Shown: positions 58,717 through 64,000 of the stretch, piece by piece
Layout of the letters: every line of letters begins with the position of its first letter
Position numbering within the stretch: the first letter of the stretch is position 1
Source of the DNA: Candidatus Uhrbacteria bacterium
GTDB taxonomy: Bacteria > Patescibacteriota > Patescibacteriia > UBA9934 > GWF2-40-263
Assembly: GCA_016206085.1 (NCBI GenBank)
Contig: JACQSF010000034.1
Span: forward strand, 26 to 64,025
Direction: 5' to 3'
Length of the DNA: 64,000 nt
Notes under the pieces: model-generated
Told to the model about the DNA's origin: nothing
Databases searched by the model: none
Seen by the model: only the letters and a program-made list of their open reading frames with translations
Made by a program: the position numbers and the translations under genes

Positions 58717-60115
58717 ACAATGTTTTTACCTGAGGACCTTGATCCGTATCCTCAACAACGTAACCAAAATCCTGAATTTGATCACGAAGTTCATCTGAAC
58801 GTATCCAATCTTTTTGTTTTCGCACTGCCTCTCGTTCTTGGACAAGTTGCTGAATCTGCTCTGGGATGTTGAGCGTATGACCCAGATATTCCTCAAGGTT
58901 CAGCCCCAGTACCCGATCCATCCACAAGAGGGTCTTTGCTTTCACTTCCGTTGGGAGATCCTCGTCAACAAGTTTCCACACAACGGCCAGTGCTTGCGGG
59001 GTTCCCAGATCGTCATTGAGCGCGGCGAGAAATTCGCTCTCTAAGTCAGCGCACCCAATCTTCCCCGACACAGTCCACGAACGAATCATCTCGCGCAACT
59101 TGTGCAGGGCATTCTGTGCGGCGTCGAGCGCCTCAAATGTGAAGTTGAGCTTGGACCGATAATGCCCACCCAGCACAAAGTATCGATACGCAAGCGGATC
59201 ATAGCCCTTGGCGACAATCTCATCGACGGTAAACAAATTTCCCAACGACTTACTCATCTTGCCGTCATCGACCGTGAGAAACTCGTTGTGCATCCAAATG
59301 TTGGCCTCAAGTACTCCTTCGGCTCCCATGGTCTGGGCGATCTCGTTCTCATGGTGCACGGCAATATGGTCGACACCGCCTGTATGGATATCAAATGGAA
59401 CATCAAGATACTTGAGCGACATGGCAGAACACTCAATGTGCCAGCCAGGGAAGCCTATTCCCCAAGGCGAGCTCCACTCCATCAACCGTTCATGCGGTTG
59501 ATGCCCTGAGCCTATCGAAGGGCTGAGCTTCCACAGCGCAAAATCTGTCGTGTTACGCTTCTTTCCCATCTCTACGCGAGCGCCTGCTTTTTTCTCCTCG
59601 GATTTCTGGCCAGACAATCGGCCATAGTCCGCTAGCTTAGACGTATCAAAATACACCCCGTCGCTCGTCTGGTACGTGAACCCATTTTTCTCAAGCGTCT
59701 GAATCATGTCGATCTGTTCAGCGATGTGATCCGTGGCCTTTGGGTAAATATTCGCTGGCTTGATGTTCAGTGTCTCGAGATCTTTTTTGAACGCCGCAGT
59801 ATAAAACTCCGCGATCTCATACGCGGTCTTCCCCTCCCGCTTCATGGCGACGATCATCTTGTCCTCACCATCATCCATGTCCCCTGTGAGATGACCAACG
59901 TCCGTGATGTTCATAACCTGTTTCACCTCATAGCCATTGAGCTCAAGCGTCCGCCGCAAAACATCGGCGAACAAAAAACTTCGCATGTTCCCAATGTGGG
60001 CAAACCAATACACAGTCGGACCACAACTATACATCCCCACTTTGCCCTCATGGAGAGGTCTAAACTCCTCCTTTTGTCGAGTCAATGTGTTGTAGAGGCG
60101 GATCATATTTCGCAA
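58715..60115 (-). CDS. cysS: Cysteine--tRNA ligase
   Basis: HIGN (HIGH-type) in CGPTVYWFAHIGNMRS. KMSKS in GKMSKSLGN. Confidence 0.9.
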   Translation of the reverse strand: MRNMIRLYNTLTRQKEEFRPLHEGKVGMYSCGPTVYWFAHIGNMRSFLFADVLRRTLELNGYEVKQVMNITDVGHLTGDMDDGEDKMIVAMKREGKTAYEIAEFYTAAFKKDLETLNIKPANIYPKATDHIAEQIDMIQTLEKNGFTYQTSDGVYFDTSKLADYGRLSGQKSEEKKAGARVEMGKKRNTTDFALWKLSPSIGSGHQPHERLMEWSSPWGIGFPGWHIECSAMSLKYLDVPFDIHTGGVDHIAVHHENEIAQTMGAEGVLEANIWMHNEFLTVDDGKMSKSLGNLFTVDEIVAKGYDPLAYRYFVLGGHYRSKLNFTFEALDAAQNALHKLREMIRSWTVSGKIGCADLESEFLAALNDDLGTPQALAVVWKLVDEDLPTEVKAKTLLWMDRVLGLNLEEYLGHTLNIPEQIQQLVQEREAVRKQKDWIRSDELRDQIQDFGYVVEDTDQGPQVKTL

Positions 60116-60136
60116 CCAGTATACCGTCTGACTCCC

Positions 60137-60184
60137 AAAAACAAAAGCCGGCCTGGATCGAGCTGAGCTCGGCGGCTGGCTTTT
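60137..60184 (-). terminator. Rho-independent terminator
   Basis: Minus sense: AAAGCCAGCC...GGCCGGCTTT followed by TGTTTTTGG. Confidence 0.6.
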
Positions 60185-60209
60185 GTGTTCACCTCTGAAT
60201 TATTTTCAC

Positions 60210-60698
60210 TTAAGAGGCATCTGGTTCAGGTCGGGCGGATGGAGCTCCAGGATGAGCCGGACGCAGGGGTTTCTCCTCAAAGAGAATAACGTGATCAGCG
60301 TCGATTTCAGCGACGTATTGTTCTGAGTCCCAGTTCACGATTCCATTTACATGGATCTTATCTCCAACAGAAACGGATGATTCATCGGCATCTTCACGCC
60401 CTTCTGAGAAAGTCGTCTGGTCATCATAGGTGACAAAAACGTACTTGACCTCACCATCTTTGCTGGGTCGTAGGGACTTCACAAGAATCGTATTGGCATT
60501 GGGATCAACTTCGACGACTTCCCCGATATGGAATCGTGGAGGAAGTCGTTTGTCCATATTCGTAGGTGGCTGATGTCGAGGTTCTTCATGAGAACCATCC
60601 AACTCTGCCGCAGAGGCAAAAAACGTGGGAACGACAAGTAGGGATGCAAGCGCAAGCATGGTAATCGGCACTCGCACCGCTTTGAGTATCATTGGCAT
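60210..60698 (-). CDS. Secreted hypothetical protein
   Basis: Signal-like N-terminus MPMILKAVRVPITMLALASLLVVPTFFASA. Confidence 0.6.
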   Translation of the reverse strand: MPMILKAVRVPITMLALASLLVVPTFFASAAELDGSHEEPRHQPPTNMDKRLPPRFHIGEVVEVDPNANTILVKSLRPSKDGEVKYVFVTYDDQTTFSEGREDADESSVSVGDKIHVNGIVNWDSEQYVAEIDADHVILFEEKPLRPAHPGAPSARPEPDAS

Positions 60699-60711
60699 AA
60701 CATTTTATTGG

Positions 60712-61374
60712 TTATCGTCCGTCGAACTGGTTGCGCGCGCGACGCCCCATCTCGAACAGACGGATGAGTTCATCTTCGGAAAGCTCATGTCCCTCGACGC
60801 GCAATCGCAAGGACTCAAGCGCTCCGGTCTCTTCCTCGTTTTCCTGTACACGAACTGAGAGTTCAAGGTAACGGGCGCGATGAAGTGAAAGGGATTCAAT
60901 AAGTTTCTTTCTCATCTCATCCTTCACCCCTTCATCGAGTGCTGAGATCGTTTGTTCGAATTGTTCAGCCGCTTCATCCAACGATGGGGGGACACGATCT
61001 GGTCGATGAGGCAACTGATATTCCCCTTCTGCCAAACGACGCTCCATCATTTCTGCATGAAACTGTGCACGAGCTTCTGGAGATCGGGCGAACCCACCTT
61101 GTATCGACTCGAGTCCTGACTTCACAAAGTACAGTGGGTGACCTTCTGTCACCTGTGGGCTTTCATAGGCATACACCCCAGCTCCCATACCAAAAAACAA
61201 CACAAGTGATGCAAAACTCACGCCTGCAAACTGAATCAGGAACGGACGTCGCTGTGGACAACCGTATTCTTGGTCATAGGCAAGACTCAATTCCGACAAC
61301 AAACGTCCGCGAAACGCCTTCGCGGGCGCGCTTGACTGCTTGGCTTTCTTTAATTGTCGTTTGAGGAAAAACAT
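60712..61374 (-). CDS. Single-pass membrane protein downstream of the ECF sigma factor (possible anti-sigma/DUF5667-like)
   Basis: Overlaps the sigma gene by 25 nt. Central TM FAGVSFASLVLFFGMGAGVY. Function inferred from position only. Confidence 0.45.
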   Translation of the reverse strand: MFFLKRQLKKAKQSSAPAKAFRGRLLSELSLAYDQEYGCPQRRPFLIQFAGVSFASLVLFFGMGAGVYAYESPQVTEGHPLYFVKSGLESIQGGFARSPEARAQFHAEMMERRLAEGEYQLPHRPDRVPPSLDEAAEQFEQTISALDEGVKDEMRKKLIESLSLHRARYLELSVRVQENEEETGALESLRLRVEGHELSEDELIRLFEMGRRARNQFDGR

Positions 61375-61865
61375 ACTTTGAGTTTCTTCATGGCACGATG
61401 GGTCGCGACTTTTAACGCGTCCGACTTCTTCTCAATCATTAAGGCCATTTCTTTGTATGAGTACCCTTCAAGGTACTTCATCGTTACGAGTTTGCGATCT
61501 TCCGGTGGAAGGGTTTCCAAAGCTTCGTACAGTTTCATTTCTTCTTCCCGGTCTTCGAATGTCTTGCGTCCATCTTCCCCTACGAGAGTAAAACTCACGT
61601 CTTCCAGATCTACATCTCTCTTTTGATCTCGAAAATAATTGGCCAAATGGTTATGTGCGATGCGATAAATCCAGGCGGATTGAGAAATCTCTGGATCAAA
61701 CTTGTGAAAATTCTTGAGCGCTTTCATGAAAATCTCCGAGACGAGATCTTCCGCAACGCTCACATTGCGCCCTACACGAAAAAACACGTATCGATAGATA
61801 CGGTCAATATTCACCTTATAAAATTGTTCAAACGCGTGTTTATCCATGCGTGGCTCACTATACAC
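61350..61865 (-). CDS. ECF-type RNA polymerase sigma-70 family factor
   Basis: Region 2 IYRYVFFRVG...DLVSEIFMKAL. Region 4 YLEGYSYKEMALMIEKKSDALKVATHRAMKKL. Confidence 0.85.
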   Translation of the reverse strand: MYSEPRMDKHAFEQFYKVNIDRIYRYVFFRVGRNVSVAEDLVSEIFMKALKNFHKFDPEISQSAWIYRIAHNHLANYFRDQKRDVDLEDVSFTLVGEDGRKTFEDREEEMKLYEALETLPPEDRKLVTMKYLEGYSYKEMALMIEKKSDALKVATHRAMKKLKVCFSSNDN

Positions 61866-61891
61866 GAGTCGCGTTTATCAGGTTACATCCC

Positions 61892-62452
61892 TTAATCCTC
61901 TTTCGCTCCCCCACCAAATAGAGCCATCGCGACAACAGGAAGTGTAACCCACACAGCGCGCGCAATGTCACTCATAAAAAGGGCTTGGCTCAATGGCGAA
62001 AGGACGTTGGCGAGGTCGGCGGGAAAAAATGAAAGCGTGACACTGATGAGCAACCCAACATGTAAAAACGAGTAGATCATCACTTGCCAAAATTTACCCT
62101 GAGCAGAAGTTCCATGACCGAACGCTTTCATCAAAGCGGAATGCGAAAGGAAAAAGAAGAGGAGAATAAAAACACCAAGAAACACAGAGACGCGCAAGGC
62201 GAAGGTGTCGTTTACGGAAACTTCTGCCGTGCTCACGCCTGTCAGGAAGGGCATGTAGTTCACGATCGCCAGCGCCATGTAAATCGAGACAAGGATCACG
62301 ATGATACGATCACGTCCAAGCGAGACGCCGTAAATCAGGGAGGCGACGACAAAAAAGAGAATAATAAAAAGATCCCAAGTGGGTTCGAGCCAGTTCACGT
62401 TGTTGACCGCGTTCACGACAGTGTCCGGGTCAAAGAGTGCGGTCTGAAACAT
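61892..62452 (-). CDS. Integral membrane hypothetical protein (5 TM)
   Basis: ORF with hydrophobic segments throughout. Confidence 0.6.
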   Translation of the reverse strand: MFQTALFDPDTVVNAVNNVNWLEPTWDLFIILFFVVASLIYGVSLGRDRIIVILVSIYMALAIVNYMPFLTGVSTAEVSVNDTFALRVSVFLGVFILLFFFLSHSALMKAFGHGTSAQGKFWQVMIYSFLHVGLLISVTLSFFPADLANVLSPLSQALFMSDIARAVWVTLPVVAMALFGGGAKED

Positions 62453-62467
62453 ATCCTCCTAACTAAC

Positions 62468-62504
62468 CCTCGTCATTGCGAGGAGCGAAGCGACAAAGCA
62501 ATCC
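62468..62504. repeat. Half-copy of the GTCATTGCGAG repeat family
   Basis: CCTCGTCATTGCGAGGAGCGAAGCGACAAAGCAATCC. Confidence 0.6.
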
Positions 62505-62524
62505 TTGAACATCAGTATATCACG

Positions 62525-63142
62525 TCAAGAACGGGCGATGAACTCAGCTGATGATTTGTATGTAGCCTGTACATTCTTCGAGGATCCACGCGCGAGTACA
62601 TTGTCGAGCAAATTGTGTTCGTCGATCTTGAGCGTTGCCAAGGCAATCTGCACCGAACCGCCGAAGCCGATCTGTTTCCCATCGAGAGCTGCGATCGCGA
62701 CAGCGGTGGCGCGATGGTGGCCTTCCATGCAGACAATGCGATCGGTTCCCTCGATTTGTAACCCAATGAAGGTGGTCAACGGTGGAAAGTTCTTCATCAT
62801 GGAAACGACTTTCTCATAAGCACGGAAGAGGAGCTCCTGTTCGGGAATGTGTACGAGATCGGCAAATGTGTGTTTATTGGGCGCGGGCAACCTCGACTGC
62901 CAACCTGTGAACGGACCTACGAGCATGCTGGGAATCTCACTCATGGGATCCGTCAGTTCGAATATCGCCCACTCCCGCTGCGACGCTTTGATCTGCTCCG
63001 CCGTAAACCGTCTCCACGCCTCCCAGCTCTCCCAACCTTTCAAGACCGTCGCACAATGAATCCAACCCGGATCATTCCCCTCGCGTTGTTTCCAATCTTG
63101 GAAGACTTCTTGCCACGTTGTTGGCCGGATACGTTTGAGCAT
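62525..63142 (-). CDS. Hypothetical protein; possible ParB/Srx-like (GHHR) C-terminal segment
   Basis: IVCMEGHHRATAVAIA resembles the DGHHR motif of ParB-like nuclease domains. Weak. Confidence 0.5.
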   Translation of the reverse strand: MLKRIRPTTWQEVFQDWKQREGNDPGWIHCATVLKGWESWEAWRRFTAEQIKASQREWAIFELTDPMSEIPSMLVGPFTGWQSRLPAPNKHTFADLVHIPEQELLFRAYEKVVSMMKNFPPLTTFIGLQIEGTDRIVCMEGHHRATAVAIAALDGKQIGFGGSVQIALATLKIDEHNLLDNVLARGSSKNVQATYKSSAEFIARS

Positions 63143-63358
63143 AACTGGTAGATAGTACCATACAGGTCAGTGTCATCCCGAGCGACCCCGAACCTGTCGA
63201 GGGGGAGCCGAGGGATCTCGAGTTGACGACAAAAGTTCGCACCTGCGAAAATTTGTCGTCAGTCAAAAAGCACATAACCCGACCTGACGTATAACTACGA
63301 CCCCACAACGAAACATAAAAGCGTACCAGAAAGGTACACTTTTAAGTATGACTGTTTT

Positions 63359-63643
63359 CTAACCCTTTTGTTCATCCCGCCACTTTTCGATGGCCGCTCT
63401 AATGGCTCCGTCTGTATGCTCTTCATTCTCATCCTTTAGGTATTTTTCTACGAAATCCGCTGGGGCGACCCAAAAATCCACTGTCCCTGTTTCCTCATCG
63501 GCAGGATAAAAACCCGCGTCATCTAGAGTAGTACCAACAGACCAGGCGCCACTTGAGGTTTCGGTCAAATGCCAGTTTAATTTCCTCTCCTTTTCTTTTA
63601 CTGCTTCTGGTGGAGCCTCCTTGTGTATCTCAGACATAGTCAA
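63359..63643 (-). CDS. Small acidic hypothetical protein (94 aa)
   Basis: ORF only. Confidence 0.5.
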   Translation of the reverse strand: MTMSEIHKEAPPEAVKEKERKLNWHLTETSSGAWSVGTTLDDAGFYPADEETGTVDFWVAPADFVEKYLKDENEEHTDGAIRAAIEKWRDEQKG

Positions 63644-63715
63644 AACACTAAATTATTAGATATGTATGAGTATACCCCCCCCCCGCCCGAATCCTTCAAG
63701 TCAACTATCACGAAA

Positions 63716-63747
63716 CCAAAAAACAGCCCATCTTGGACTGCTTTTTT
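63716..63747 (-). terminator. Rho-independent terminator
   Basis: Minus sense: GCAGTCCA-aga-TGGGCTGT followed by TTTTTGG. Confidence 0.6.
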
Positions 63748-63754
63748 GATGATC

Positions 63755-64000
63755 TTATTCCGCCATGGCGAAGGTGGGTTCGGAGCCGGAAATGTAATTT
63801 GGCATCTCGGCCTCGACGAAACCGAGCATCTTCACCGACTTCGCTACATGGTCGAGGGATTGACTCTTACGCGTCTCGAGTTCGAGATTCTGGTTCATGA
63901 GGCTGAGTTCATCAAGTTTGTTTTCAAGCTCACGGATCTGATATCCCTGTGAAATCGAAGCGTTCACTTGGAAAATATAGCCCGCGACCAAGAGCACAAC
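63755..64000 (-). CDS. C-terminal part of an FtsL/septum-formation-initiator-like protein (runs off the right edge)
   Basis: TM segment then coiled coil QIRELENKLDELSLMNQNLELE. The N-terminus is outside the window. Confidence 0.45.
   Translation of the reverse strand, partial: VVLLVAGYIFQVNASISQGYQIRELENKLDELSLMNQNLELETRKSQSLDHVAKSVKMLGFVEAEMPNYISGSEPTFAMAE

Overview
All calls come from manual reading of the sequence and the ORF track. No database search was run, coordinates were counted by hand, and GC statements are by-eye unless a count is given.

The window looks like a compact bacterial chromosome segment of about 50% GC. About 60 tightly packed genes lie mostly on the minus strand, often with ATGA/TGATG stop-start overlaps. 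The gene content suggests an uncultivated small-genome lineage such as Patescibacteria/CPR, but that is inference only. The suggestive genes are a class II RNR, a LOG protein, a split VKOR+thioredoxin pair, a PEGA protein, a T4SS-coupling-like ATPase and many glycosyltransferases.

Confident calls:
- AdoCbl-type ribonucleotide reductase NrdJ, interrupted by a 362-aa LAGLIDADG intein at the catalytic NPC cysteine
- a Nudix::CobO(BtuR) fusion
- rpmB, hflX, HU, dnaX, cysS, dusB, rimK, an S41 peptidase, riboflavin kinase and an ECF sigma factor
- two tandem S8 peptidases with FG-GAP repeats
- a 15-kb envelope-glycan cluster containing a plant-like bifunctional NRS/ER rhamnose enzyme and no rmlC
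- tRNA-Pro(GGG), tRNA-Pro(CGG) and tRNA-Gln(CUG)

Most interesting observations:
1. A GC-rich single-gene islet encodes a radical SAM/SPASM enzyme. Its own C-terminus is a (Cys-[Asn/Asp]-x)10 repeat with no RRE and no separate precursor ORF. It may be a cis-substrate thioether system.
2. Three intergenic long-hairpin elements form a family. They share junction motifs (ATGAGAT...AGATCG, GAACGGGCUG, GCCCGUGAA) but each copy has different, perfectly complementary outer arms.
3. A GTCATTGCGAG-type palindromic repeat family has one 72-nt copy inserted in frame inside dnaX.
4. The same 9-nt CCACCTNNN tandem repeat sits inside nrdJ (twice) and dusB on the same DNA strand.
5. Several GC-rich orphan islets occur. 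The most extreme is a ~94% GC3 gene at 272-772 with host-like promoter and terminator.
6. There is a 2H-phosphoesterase::DHH/MYG1-like fusion.
7. An orphan Cas2/PaaX-like gene has 5' and 3' ends carrying an 18-nt perfect reverse complement.
8. A frameshifted IS200-like (Y1/RAYT-like) transposase is bracketed by 26-bp inverted repeats.
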